The notes under the pieces: model-generated
What the model saw: only the letters and a program-made list of their open reading frames with translations
Told to the model about the DNA's origin: nothing
Database searches by the model: none
Position numbers and translations under genes: made by a program
In this document: positions 8,712 to 17,303 of the stretch, piece by piece
Layout: each line of letters begins with the position of its first letter
Position numbering within the stretch: position 1 is the first letter of the stretch
Assembly (NCBI GenBank): GCA_009777995.1
Contig: WRKT01000016.1
Coordinates: forward strand, 1-51,152
Direction of reading: 5' to 3'
Length of the DNA stretch: 51,152 nt
From: Treponema sp.
GTDB lineage: Bacteria > Spirochaetota > Spirochaetia > Treponematales > Breznakiellaceae

Positions 8712-9661
8712 TTAGTACTTCTCCATTTTGCAAAGAGGTTTGCAAGGCCCTCTTCAAGAGAAGTTTGGGAAAAACTGATATCTGCAATATTTGGCATTCC
8801 CGAAAGCTCCTCTAATAACTTAGCTGTATCATTATATGCAATTTCCTTACGACTGTCATCCTTAAAGGTGATAATGGCCCTTCTTGTGCATCCGAGTTCA
8901 TCACGCAAAGAGGCGAAACTCCCGTCGAAGGCAATCTTGCCGTTTGAGATTAATAAAATTCTCTTTGTCATTTCTTCAAGGTCGTCCATGTCATGACTTG
9001 TAACAATGATGGTTGTACCTTCATTTTGGTTAAGGGTTTTCAGAAAGCCTATCATTTGGCGTTTGGCAAGAACGTCAAGGCCGAGGGTGGGCTCGTCAAG
9101 GAGGATGAGGCTTGGGCGGTGGAGCAGCATCATGGCGAGGTCGGCCCTCATGCGCTGACCGAGGCTCAGCTCGCGTGCAAAGGTCTTAAAGAAGGGCCTT
9201 ATGTCCAGAAGATCGAGGACGAGGGCCTGCATTTCTTCAAAGTCCTTCTTTGGAATATCCCAGACCCTTTGCTTCCAGCGAAAGCTCGATGAAACAGGAT
9301 GATCCCACCAGAGCTCGGTGCGGTTACCGAAAAGGACTCCGAGTTTACGCATAAGGGGAATGCGGTTTTTTAGGGGCGACATTCCTAAAACAGAGATCTC
9401 TCCCCCGGTTTGTGCAAGCATGCCACCGAGCAGTTTTATCGTGGTGCTTTTTCCTGCACCGTTTGGTCCTGCATACGCAACAAGCTCCCCCTGCTCCAAT
9501 GTAAAAGAAACATCATCAAGGGCATTTATTGTCAGGTGCTTCGGCTTAAGGAAGTCCGCGAAGGAGGCGGGGGGCTGTTTTTGAGAGAATACCTTTGTAA
9601 CATTCTTAAAACTAACGGCGGTGTCCGCCGGGTGTATAACGGTTTGACCCGAGTTTGACAT
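8708..9661 (-). CDS. ABC transporter ATP-binding protein (second NBD of the system)
   Basis: 317 aa. Walker A GPNGAGKST, signature LSLGQRMRADLAMM, Walker B LILLDEPT, H-loop SHDM. The start overlaps the upstream permease by about 50 nt, so the start is uncertain. Confidence 0.9.
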   Translation of the reverse strand: MSNSGQTVIHPADTAVSFKNVTKVFSQKQPPASFADFLKPKHLTINALDDVSFTLEQGELVAYAGPNGAGKSTTIKLLGGMLAQTGGEISVLGMSPLKNRIPLMRKLGVLFGNRTELWWDHPVSSSFRWKQRVWDIPKKDFEEMQALVLDLLDIRPFFKTFARELSLGQRMRADLAMMLLHRPSLILLDEPTLGLDVLAKRQMIGFLKTLNQNEGTTIIVTSHDMDDLEEMTKRILLISNGKIAFDGSFASLRDELGCTRRAIITFKDDSRKEIAYNDTAKLLEELSGMPNIADISFSQTSLEEGLANLFAKWRSTK

Positions 9662-10523
9662 AAAACATTAATCCTTTCTTTAAAAATATAGCTGCAAGAA
9701 TCCAGATAATAACTGCAACAAGCAATGGATAAAAAACTGAGAGGCCAAGAGGCATTTTACCAAGCAAGGCCATTGCAGGGAACCATCCGAGTAATCCTGC
9801 AGGTATAACACTAATTAGAGTCCACTGCACGGCTACGGGCATCCCCGAAAGGGGGTAATTACAGAGGACCCCTGTAATATCATCAACAATAGTGGTGGCA
9901 ACTTCTTCAAAGGCCACCTGCCTCCTGAATGCAAGAGAAGAAAAAAGATAGGAAAGGCCCACTATAATGGAAAGACTTATAAGCAGGTATCCTATCATCC
10001 CAAAAACCCATAAAGGGCTAATGCTCATTCCCATTCCGTTTAGGGCAAAGAGGATGATTCCGATTCCGAATAGAATGTTCTGGCTTCCCGTGAAAGGAAT
10101 AAAGCCGTCTGTTGCAAGCTGAACGGAAAAGGGAAGGGGCTGAATGAACATATGATCGAGTTGGCCCCTCCCAATACGGCGGCTTATATGGCCGTTATTA
10201 TTTGAGAAAAATAATTGATATAGGCCGTTCACACAGGTGACATAACCGAGCATGAAGAGCACATCCCAGCGGCTCATACCGCCGACACCGTCAAAGCGCC
10301 ATGCAAGAAGAAAGATGCCGGAGACTGCTGCTATGTTCGAAAGCAGATCTGCTGCAATTGCCATAAGTGAGATTCTTGAATCGCGAAGGAGAAAGTCAAG
10401 GTCCATACGGGCAGAAAGAGCATAGAGTTCGATTAATCTTCTGAATGTAACTTTCTCTGTCATTTTGCGCGTTATTTTACCCTCCATACGAAACCATCTT
10501 TTCACGGCTCTTTGCGTAGGCAA
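9612..10523 (-). CDS. ABC-2 type transporter permease
   Basis: 303 aa, multi-TM. Start uncertain; internal Met codons at residues 13 and 21 would reduce or remove the 47-nt overlap with the upstream gene. Confidence 0.55.
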   Translation of the reverse strand: MPTQRAVKRWFRMEGKITRKMTEKVTFRRLIELYALSARMDLDFLLRDSRISLMAIAADLLSNIAAVSGIFLLAWRFDGVGGMSRWDVLFMLGYVTCVNGLYQLFFSNNNGHISRRIGRGQLDHMFIQPLPFSVQLATDGFIPFTGSQNILFGIGIILFALNGMGMSISPLWVFGMIGYLLISLSIIVGLSYLFSSLAFRRQVAFEEVATTIVDDITGVLCNYPLSGMPVAVQWTLISVIPAGLLGWFPAMALLGKMPLGLSVFYPLLVAVIIWILAAIFLKKGLMFYVKLGSNRYTPGGHRR

Positions 10524-11247
10524 GGAAGGCTAAGGGCCAAAGGCAGATATTCCAGAAGATTTGCAGGGGAATAATCGCTCCCGGGCTTGCCATCCCGACA
10601 AAGACAGAGAGGGGGGCCGCGGCAAGGCTCCCGAAGGGCAGGAGGTTAAAGATATCTCCCATACCCCAGGGCAGGAGGTCAAAGGGGATAACAGCCCCCG
10701 ACAGAAGCAGGATGACGGCATTCCGCAGAGTGTAGGCGAGCCAGTTGGCGTTTTTCATCCTAATTATGAAGCAGGAAAAAAGGAAATCTACTGCAAAACC
10801 AAGAGAAATCGAAAGAAAGAGACAGGGCCAGAATAATGCAGATGCAGGAATTATATTAATGCCAAGAAGGGGCAAAAGAAGAAGCAGGGGAAGACTGAAA
10901 AAAAGCAATTCGGGGAGCCATCCTCCAATGGTGGTTGTGACCAGTTGGCCGAAAATGCTTTGAGGGCGGCGGTAAAGGTCGATGATCTGCCCCTCGTAGT
11001 GCCAGGAGACTGCACCTGACTGCACGTTTAAGACAGATCGAAAGATTGCGGATATGCAGGTATAGGTTAAGAGCTGACTCAAAGAAAAGCCGCCAAGGTC
11101 TGCACCCCCTGCCGCAAGGGATTGCCAGAGGAATATCATGGGGAGGAGGAAGAACATATTAAAGAGATAGTTCGAGAATAAGGCTAAAATGCCGCCGTGG
11201 AGTTTCCCCGTTGCCGACATTTTTATTGTTGCAAAGATGCCATTCAT
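10477..11247 (-). CDS. ABC-2 type transporter permease
   Basis: 256 aa, multi-TM. First gene of the minus-strand operon. RBS-like AAGGAAAC lies upstream on the minus strand. Confidence 0.55.
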   Translation of the reverse strand: MNGIFATIKMSATGKLHGGILALFSNYLFNMFFLLPMIFLWQSLAAGGADLGGFSLSQLLTYTCISAIFRSVLNVQSGAVSWHYEGQIIDLYRRPQSIFGQLVTTTIGGWLPELLFFSLPLLLLLPLLGINIIPASALFWPCLFLSISLGFAVDFLFSCFIIRMKNANWLAYTLRNAVILLLSGAVIPFDLLPWGMGDIFNLLPFGSLAAAPLSVFVGMASPGAIIPLQIFWNICLWPLAFLAYAKSREKMVSYGG

Positions 11248-11277
11248 TGTGTTTCCTTAAAAAATTAATTATATAAG

Positions 11278-11297
11278 CTTGGCTCGCATGAGCCAAG
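11278..11297. promoter_or_regulatory. Perfect hairpin/palindrome CTTGGCTC-gcat-GAGCCAAG between divergent genes
   Basis: 8-bp perfect arms with a 4-nt loop, seen directly. Sits between the divergently transcribed ABC-2 operon (minus) and the SPFH gene (plus), so it is not a terminator for either. Candidate operator. Confidence 0.4.
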
Positions 11298-11300
11298 TGC

Positions 11301-11329
11301 TTGACAAAAAGAATTAAAGATATCATAAT
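11301..11329 (+). promoter_or_regulatory. Sigma70-like promoter for the SPFH gene (TTGACA-N17-CATAAT)
   Basis: TTGACA at 11301-11306, a 17-nt spacer, CATAAT at 11324-11329, then a TAGGAGG ribosome-binding site 6 nt before the ATG at 11360. Confidence 0.5.
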
Positions 11330-11359
11330 GATATCACAATAATATATAGGAGGATCTTC

Positions 11360-12397
11360 ATGGAAAGATCAAATTTAATTCATTATGAGGAAAAGGAAGC
11401 AAAAACAAGGAGCGGTATGGCCGCATTAATTCTAACGACCCTTGTGATACTCGCCGCCATTGCAGGAATAGTTTACGGCTCAATCCTACTTGCCCGCCTT
11501 GGCCCTGCCTCAGCAGCAGGCATTTTTCTTGTCGTTACAGGAAGCGTATACATTTCGGTTTTTAGCTGGTTCCCGTATATCGGTTTAAAAATAATTAAAC
11601 CAAACGAGGCGCTTGTGCTGACTCTTTTCGGGAAGTATTACGGAACGATTAAGAAAGAAGGGTTTTACTTTGTTAACCCCTTTGTTACCGCGGTTAACCC
11701 TGCCGCAGGAACCACCTCCACAAGCAGTGCCACCGTTACACCGCAGAAAGGCGCAACGACTGTGCCGGGAACAAGTGTCCAGGTTACAGGAATGCCTAGT
11801 TTTACCAGCAAAAAGATTTCACTTAAAGTTATTACGATGAACAACGACACACAGAAGGTAAATGATCAGCTAGGAAATCCCATCATCATAGGTATTGTTG
11901 TGGTGTGGAAGGTTATAAACCCGACAAAGGCAGTTTTTAACGTTGATAATTATAAAGAGTTCCTTTCAATTCAATGCGATTCAGCACTGCGAAACATTGT
12001 GCGGCTTTATCCCTACGATACTTATGGCGATGATAACGAGAAGACCCTCCGCGGAAGCAGTCAGGAAATTGCAATGAAGCTAAGAGACGAAATACAGTCA
12101 AAGGTTGAAATTGCAGGGCTTGATGTGGAAGAAGCACGTATCACCCATCTTGCCTATGCTCCTGAAATTGCGGCGGCCATGCTTCAGAGGCAGCAGGCTT
12201 CGGCAATTATCGATGCAAGGCAGATGATTGTAGATGGAGCTGTGGGCATGGTTGAAATGGCCTTGAAGAAATTGAGTGCAGGTAATATTGTAGATCTGGA
12301 CGAAGAGCGCAAGGCTGCAATGGTGAGTAATCTTCTTGTGGTGCTCTGCGGAAACAGGGATGCCCAACCGGTGGTGAATAGCGGTTCACTGTACTAA
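11360..12397 (+). CDS. SPFH/Band-7 (stomatin/prohibitin-like) membrane protein with low-complexity Thr/Ser insertion
   Basis: 345 aa. N-terminal TM helices, then an SPFH core (IIKPNEALVLTLFGKYYGTIKKEGFYFVNPF ... and a C-terminal coiled region AAAMLQRQQASAIIDARQ). The core is interrupted by the insertion AAGTTSTSSATVTPQKGATTVPGTSVQVTG. Confidence 0.75.
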   Translation: MERSNLIHYEEKEAKTRSGMAALILTTLVILAAIAGIVYGSILLARLGPASAAGIFLVVTGSVYISVFSWFPYIGLKIIKPNEALVLTLFGKYYGTIKKEGFYFVNPFVTAVNPAAGTTSTSSATVTPQKGATTVPGTSVQVTGMPSFTSKKISLKVITMNNDTQKVNDQLGNPIIIGIVVVWKVINPTKAVFNVDNYKEFLSIQCDSALRNIVRLYPYDTYGDDNEKTLRGSSQEIAMKLRDEIQSKVEIAGLDVEEARITHLAYAPEIAAAMLQRQQASAIIDARQMIVDGAVGMVEMALKKLSAGNIVDLDEERKAAMVSNLLVVLCGNRDAQPVVNSGSLY

Positions 12398-12411
12398 GCG
12401 GGGGATCAATT

Positions 12412-12603
12412 TTGAGCGATAAAAAGCCTGAGCCGAAATCGGGTCCGATACCGGAGACTAAAAAGCAAATCCCGCTTCGGCTCTCCCCTGCCCTTTGGAA
12501 GGATCTACAAACTTGGGCAGAAGATGATTTCCGCTCGCTTAACGGGCAAATTGAATATCTTTTGACCGAATGTGTGAAGAAACGAAAAGGAGCAAAAAAG
12601 TGA
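12412..12603 (+). CDS. Arc/MetJ-type ribbon-helix-helix DNA-binding protein
   Basis: 63 aa. ...PLRLSPALWKDLQTWAEDDFRSLNGQIEYLLTECV matches the Arc-family RHH pattern. Its stop overlaps the downstream AKR start. Confidence 0.55.
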   Translation: MSDKKPEPKSGPIPETKKQIPLRLSPALWKDLQTWAEDDFRSLNGQIEYLLTECVKKRKGAKK

Positions 12604-13730
12604 TATATCGCGATTTTGGGAAAACGGGCATCAAGGTCCCTGCCCTAGGCTTCGGGTGCATGCGCCTTCCGATGACAGAGAAAGACGGGAAGCAGATGGT
12701 AGATGATGAGCTTGCAACTCCCCTCATGAAGAGAGCTGTTGAGCTTGGTATCAATTTTTTTGACACGCACTGGTTTTACTGTAATTTTGACAGTCAGAGG
12801 GCGGTTGGGGCCGCCCTCCATTCCATACGAGATAAAGTACATTTATCATCAAAAATAATGCTTCACTTAATAGAAAAGCCGGAAGACTTTATCGACTACC
12901 TAAGGCGCGCCCTTGATCTGATGCAACTTGAATACATTGACTTTTATCATTTTCCTGCTTTGTCGTATAAGACTTATCAAGATAAGGTTTTAGGTTTAAA
13001 GCTAATAGACCAAGCGGAAAAGGCAAAGTCCATTGGCCTGATGCGTCATCTTTCAATGTCCTTCCATAGCGATGTTGATAAGATGCACGAGTTGATTGAT
13101 ACTGGCGCCTTTTCTACCCTGCTCGGGCAGTACAATATCGTGGATCGCAGGAACGAAGATATTTTTGCATATGCAAAGTCGAAGGGGCTGGGGACCATGG
13201 TGATGGGGCCGCTGATGGGAGGGGCCCTTAGTGACGGGGGACAGCAGTTCCTTGAGTGCATGGGTTCAGGGGCGAGCAGCGCAACGGAGATGGCCCTGCG
13301 TTTTGTATGGGGGCATCCCGGCGTGGACATGGTGCTTTCAGGGATGAATACCTTACAAGAGCTTGAAGAGAATGTCAGGTATGCAGAAAATGCCGACAGT
13401 ATCCCCGGCGAAGAGAGGCAGGCCCTAATCGAGAGAAGCCACGAGTTAAAAGAGCTTAATGACCTATACTGCACAAACTGTAATTACTGCCATGTATGCC
13501 CCGAAAAGATAAGCATAGGGTGGATATTTACACAGTACCTGCGTCATAAGATTTGGGGCCTTGACGAGTCTGTAAGGAAGCGCCTTGCAAGCGGAATAAT
13601 CTGGAACAATGTGCGTTATAAGGGCCCTGAAGCCTGCACCGAGTGCGGGCTCTGCCTCAATGCCTGTCCCCAGAAGATAAATATCCCTTCCGAATTAAAA
13701 CGGGTATGGCCTATATTATCAAAATTATAG
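12600..13730 (+). CDS. Aldo/keto reductase fused to C-terminal 4Fe-4S ferredoxin domain
   Basis: AKR N-terminus VIYRDFGKTGIKVPALGFGCMRLP. The C-terminus has two Cys clusters, CTNCNYCHVCPEKI and CTECGLCLNACPQKI. I chose GTG at 12600 (AAGGAG 7 nt upstream) over the track ATG at 12570, which would overlap the upstream gene by 34 nt. Confidence 0.75.
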   Translation: MIYRDFGKTGIKVPALGFGCMRLPMTEKDGKQMVDDELATPLMKRAVELGINFFDTHWFYCNFDSQRAVGAALHSIRDKVHLSSKIMLHLIEKPEDFIDYLRRALDLMQLEYIDFYHFPALSYKTYQDKVLGLKLIDQAEKAKSIGLMRHLSMSFHSDVDKMHELIDTGAFSTLLGQYNIVDRRNEDIFAYAKSKGLGTMVMGPLMGGALSDGGQQFLECMGSGASSATEMALRFVWGHPGVDMVLSGMNTLQELEENVRYAENADSIPGEERQALIERSHELKELNDLYCTNCNYCHVCPEKISIGWIFTQYLRHKIWGLDESVRKRLASGIIWNNVRYKGPEACTECGLCLNACPQKINIPSELKRVWPILSKL

Positions 13731-13789
13731 AACTGTGATATAATAATCCTTTGCACAGGTTAAAAAGACCCAAAAAAACGGAGGATTTT

Positions 13790-14605
13790 ATGAACACACA
13801 GGAAATGATGGACAGTGCCCTAAAACTGGCAGGGCTCGATAAAATGCCTGAGGATTGCGGTATTGATGTTGAGGGCAGTAATATCAAACGGGTTTTGATG
13901 GGAGTCGACATGGATACTGCCGAGCTCCTATTGGCAAAGGAACTCGGGTATGACTGTGTAGTATCACATCACCCTCGAAATACGAATCCGAATAAACTTG
14001 AAGTTCTAAACACCCATATTCATAAACTAGAGGCCCTTGGGGTGCCGAGAAATAAAGCTCAGAAAAGGCTTGAAGAGCGAAAGGAAGAGCTTCATTATAA
14101 TATGCACGTTTCAAATTCAAGACGAACCGAAAGTGCCGCGAAGCTTCTAAAAATGCCCTATATAAGCATTCACACACCTGCTGATATTATTGGCGAGGGA
14201 ATCGTGCAGAAATTCCTTGACGGAAAGTTCGCAGGGAAAAAGGATACTAAACTGCAGGAAATAGTTGATGCCCTTGAAGAAATTAGCGAATACAGGAACT
14301 CGGCAAGAAAGCCGGTAATCCGGGTCGGAAGCAAGGAGAGCTATGCAGGCAAGATATACGTTCTGATGTCGGGCCTAACGGGCCCGGGGCCGGATATTCT
14401 TAAAGAGTATTTTGAAGCAGGTGTCGGTACCCTTGTCATGATGCATATCCCTGAAAAGGACGCAAAGATAATTAAGGAGCAGAAGATAGGGAATGTTATT
14501 ATAGCAGGACATATGTCAAGCGATTCACTTGGTTTAAACAAGATAGCAGATAAGTGGAGAGAGGCAGGAGTTGAAGTAACAATGATGTCGGGAATAGTGG
14601 GTTGA
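13790..14605 (+). CDS. Nif3-like (NIF3/DUF34, YbgI family) metal-binding protein, copy 1
   Basis: GIDVEGSNIKRVLMGVDMDTAELLLAKELGYDCVVSHHP resembles the YbgI N-terminal motif (GLQVEG...GADAVIVHH), and C-terminal ...IIAGHMSSD resembles AAGHHATE. Start set at ATG 13790, after GGAGG, by analogy with the paralog. Family call is moderate. Confidence 0.55.
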   Translation: MNTQEMMDSALKLAGLDKMPEDCGIDVEGSNIKRVLMGVDMDTAELLLAKELGYDCVVSHHPRNTNPNKLEVLNTHIHKLEALGVPRNKAQKRLEERKEELHYNMHVSNSRRTESAAKLLKMPYISIHTPADIIGEGIVQKFLDGKFAGKKDTKLQEIVDALEEISEYRNSARKPVIRVGSKESYAGKIYVLMSGLTGPGPDILKEYFEAGVGTLVMMHIPEKDAKIIKEQKIGNVIIAGHMSSDSLGLNKIADKWREAGVEVTMMSGIVG

Positions 14606-15981
14606 GCTCACACCCTGACATTGAAGTAGAATCTCTAAAAGGTAAACGTTCTCTAATACTTGGCCTAACTTGGCCTGCACTTGCGGAAAGTATACTTGCT
14701 TCCCTTGTTTCCATGATTGACATGATCATGGTTGGGGCCCTTGGAGCCTTTGCAATAGGAGCTGTGGGTCTTGTAACACAGCCGAGGTTTGTGATGCTTG
14801 CTGCCTTTATGGCAATGAATGTCGGCTCAACTGCAATGGTGGCTCGTTTCAAGGGTGCAAGAGATAAAGAAAGTGCAGATATGGCCCTAAACCAGGCTCT
14901 GATCATGGCCACAGGTATTTCTGTAATACTATGCATTTCCCTTTTCTTTGGCGGAAACGGCCTTATACGTTTTCTTGCAGGCTCGAACATATCCGAAGAA
15001 ATGATCCTCGGGGCGAACGAATATCTTAGAATACAGGTCTACGGATTTCCTGCGCTTGCCCTAACATTTACAATCAATGCAGCCTTAAGGGGCTCGGGAA
15101 ATACAAGGGCGGCATTTTATAATAATGCAGTGGGTAATGTTGTAAAAGTTATAATGAACTACTGCCTTATTAGCGGAAACTTTGGTTTCCCTGCCCTCGG
15201 CCTTGCAGGCGCTTCCATCGCCACATGTATAGCACAATGCGTAACACTTGCGATGGCCCTTTCCAAGGTTCTTTCAGGCAAGGAATATATTCGTCTTGAC
15301 ATAAGAAAAATGCTCAATGTTAATTTTTCTATGATAAGGCGAATTTGGAGAATCGGCTTCCCTGCCCTTGTGGAACAGGTTTTCATGAGGGTCGGAATGA
15401 TGCTTTTCACAATAATCGTAACATCTCTTGGAGACCATTCGTATGCAGCCCACATGATTGCAATGAACTTACAGCAATTATCTTTTATGACAGGGATGTC
15501 CTTCGGTGCTGCCGCAACAACCCTTGTCGGGCAGAGCCTTGGGCGGGTTAGAGTGGACCTTGCGAAGACTTATGTAAAGATGACCCATAACCTATGCCTA
15601 ATAATTTCAATTCTGGTTTCGCTATTACTCTTTTTTGGGGGCGAGCTTATTGCGTCTCTTTATACCACCGACAGAGCCCTGTCTCTGCTTGCATCCAATA
15701 TGATTAAAATAATCGCCCTTGTTAATGTTTTTTCAAATGCAAGGTTTATTTATAACTCCGCTTTAAGAGGAGCGGGCGATTCACGGTTCGTAGCTTTAAT
15801 TACATTTGTCGGCATACTTATTTTACGGCCGTTAGTAAGCATTGTTCTTGTTTACTCCCTCTTCCCCTTTCAGCTCGGGCTTGCCGGTATTTGGATTGCA
15901 TTGAGTGCTGACGGTGTTGTTTGTTTCTTCCTTGCAAGGGCTCGTTTTGCAAGGGGTAAATGGGCTGAGATAAAGGTATAG
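14602..15981 (+). CDS. MATE family efflux transporter
   Basis: 459 aa, 12 predicted TM. Typical MATE N-terminus (LILGLTWPALAESILASLVSMIDMIMVG). TTG start overlapping the upstream stop. Confidence 0.8.
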   Translation: MSSHPDIEVESLKGKRSLILGLTWPALAESILASLVSMIDMIMVGALGAFAIGAVGLVTQPRFVMLAAFMAMNVGSTAMVARFKGARDKESADMALNQALIMATGISVILCISLFFGGNGLIRFLAGSNISEEMILGANEYLRIQVYGFPALALTFTINAALRGSGNTRAAFYNNAVGNVVKVIMNYCLISGNFGFPALGLAGASIATCIAQCVTLAMALSKVLSGKEYIRLDIRKMLNVNFSMIRRIWRIGFPALVEQVFMRVGMMLFTIIVTSLGDHSYAAHMIAMNLQQLSFMTGMSFGAAATTLVGQSLGRVRVDLAKTYVKMTHNLCLIISILVSLLLFFGGELIASLYTTDRALSLLASNMIKIIALVNVFSNARFIYNSALRGAGDSRFVALITFVGILILRPLVSIVLVYSLFPFQLGLAGIWIALSADGVVCFFLARARFARGKWAEIKV

Positions 15982-15983
15982 AG

Positions 15984-16490
15984 ATGATAAGAGAAGCCGT
16001 CTTAGATGACAGTTCCAGAATGGCAGAAATACATGTTTTCGGCTGGAGATGCGCATACAAGGACTTCATCTCCATGGAGCATCTTGTTAACGTATTAACA
16101 GTAAAAGTCAGGGAAGAAAGATTCCGTGAATACATTTCTGACCCGAATAATAAAGACAAGATTTTGATTTGCGAAGAAAGTAATATGATAAAGGGCTTTA
16201 TGACAATAGGAGATTGCAGGGATGAAGATAAGGGGCCTGATACATACGAGCTGCATGGAATATACATAGACCCCTTATTTCAAAGGCAAGGAATTGGCAC
16301 CGAGTTTGTTAGCAGGTGCATTGAAGAAGCAAAGAATCGGGGGAAAAAAGAAATAACTTTATGGGTCTTTCAAAAGAATGAAAACTCAATTAACTTCTAC
16401 AGAAAAATGGGGTTTATACCTGACGGGAAAGTTATAGTAAAATTGGTTTATAACGAGAACGCAATAAGAATGAGGATGGAGGTAATATGA
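15984..16490 (+). CDS. GNAT family N-acetyltransferase
   Basis: 168 aa. HGIYIDPLFQRQGIGTEFVSRCIEEAKNRG...NFYRKMGF is the GNAT motif A/B. Stop overlaps the next start (ATGA). Confidence 0.8.
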   Translation: MIREAVLDDSSRMAEIHVFGWRCAYKDFISMEHLVNVLTVKVREERFREYISDPNNKDKILICEESNMIKGFMTIGDCRDEDKGPDTYELHGIYIDPLFQRQGIGTEFVSRCIEEAKNRGKKEITLWVFQKNENSINFYRKMGFIPDGKVIVKLVYNENAIRMRMEVI

Positions 16491-17302
16491 ACACACAAGA
16501 TTTAATGAATTCTGCACTGGAACTTGCGGGGCTTAAGGAAATGCCCGAAGACTGCGGAATTATCGTTCCCGGTGATAATATTAAGAAGATACTTATGGGT
16601 GTTGATATGGACACCCCTGAGCTCCTTTTGGCAAGGCAGTTGGGTTATGACTGCGTTGTATCACATCATCCAAGGAATACTAATCCGAATATGCTCGAGT
16701 TATTAAAAAGGCATATTTATAAGCTTGAAGCTCTTGGAGTGCCTCGCAATAAATCTCAGAAGCTTCTTGAAGAGAGGAGGGAAGAACTAAGTTATAATAG
16801 TCATGTTTCAAATTCAAGGCGAAGTGAGAGTGCTGCAAAGCTCCTTGGAATGCCTTTTATGTGCCTGCATACCCCGGCAGATATAATCAGCGAAGCCACA
16901 GTGCAAAAGCACCTTGACAGTAAGTTTGCAGGGAAGGTCGAAACAAAGTTACAGGAAGTACTGGATGCCCTAAATGAATTAAACGAGTATAAGAACTCTG
17001 CAAGGAAGCCGGTAATACGAGTCGGGAACAAGGAAAGTTATGCAGGGAAGATCTACGTACTTATGGCAGGACTAACGGGGCCCGGGGCCGACATTACCAA
17101 GGAGTATTTTGAAGCAGGAGTCGGTACTTTAATTCGCATGCACATAACCGAAAAAGATGCGAAAGCAGTGAAAGAGCAGAAGATCGGGAATGTGATTGTT
17201 GCAGGGCATATGTCAAGTGACTCTATCGGCCTTAATAAGATTGCACAAATGTGGAGGGGTAAGGGCATAGAGATTACGCTGATGTCAGGTATTGTGGTTT
17301 AA
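16487..17302 (+). CDS. Nif3-like protein, copy 2 (paralog of 13790-14605)
   Basis: 271 aa. About 75% amino-acid identity to copy 1 over the full length. The DNA is clearly diverged with many synonymous changes, so the duplication is old. GGAGG ribosome-binding site. Confidence 0.55.
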   Translation: MNTQDLMNSALELAGLKEMPEDCGIIVPGDNIKKILMGVDMDTPELLLARQLGYDCVVSHHPRNTNPNMLELLKRHIYKLEALGVPRNKSQKLLEERREELSYNSHVSNSRRSESAAKLLGMPFMCLHTPADIISEATVQKHLDSKFAGKVETKLQEVLDALNELNEYKNSARKPVIRVGNKESYAGKIYVLMAGLTGPGADITKEYFEAGVGTLIRMHITEKDAKAVKEQKIGNVIVAGHMSSDSIGLNKIAQMWRGKGIEITLMSGIVV

Positions 17303-17303
17303 A

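Noticed and set aside
12570-12599. Track start ATG 12570 for the AKR gene
   Set aside because: It would overlap the Arc-like gene by 34 nt. GTG at 12600 has a good AAGGAG ribosome-binding site at 7 nt and gives the canonical AKR N-terminus (V/M-IYR-FGKTG). The earlier ATG is kept only as an alternative.
13046-13474. 142 aa minus-strand ORF
   Set aside because: Antisense and fully internal to the AKR-ferredoxin gene. The Ser/Pro/Cys-rich composition is typical of shadow frames.
14499-16267. Minus-strand ORFs of 163 aa and 149 aa
   Set aside because: Antisense to the Nif3 and MATE junction and to the MATE and GNAT junction. No motifs.
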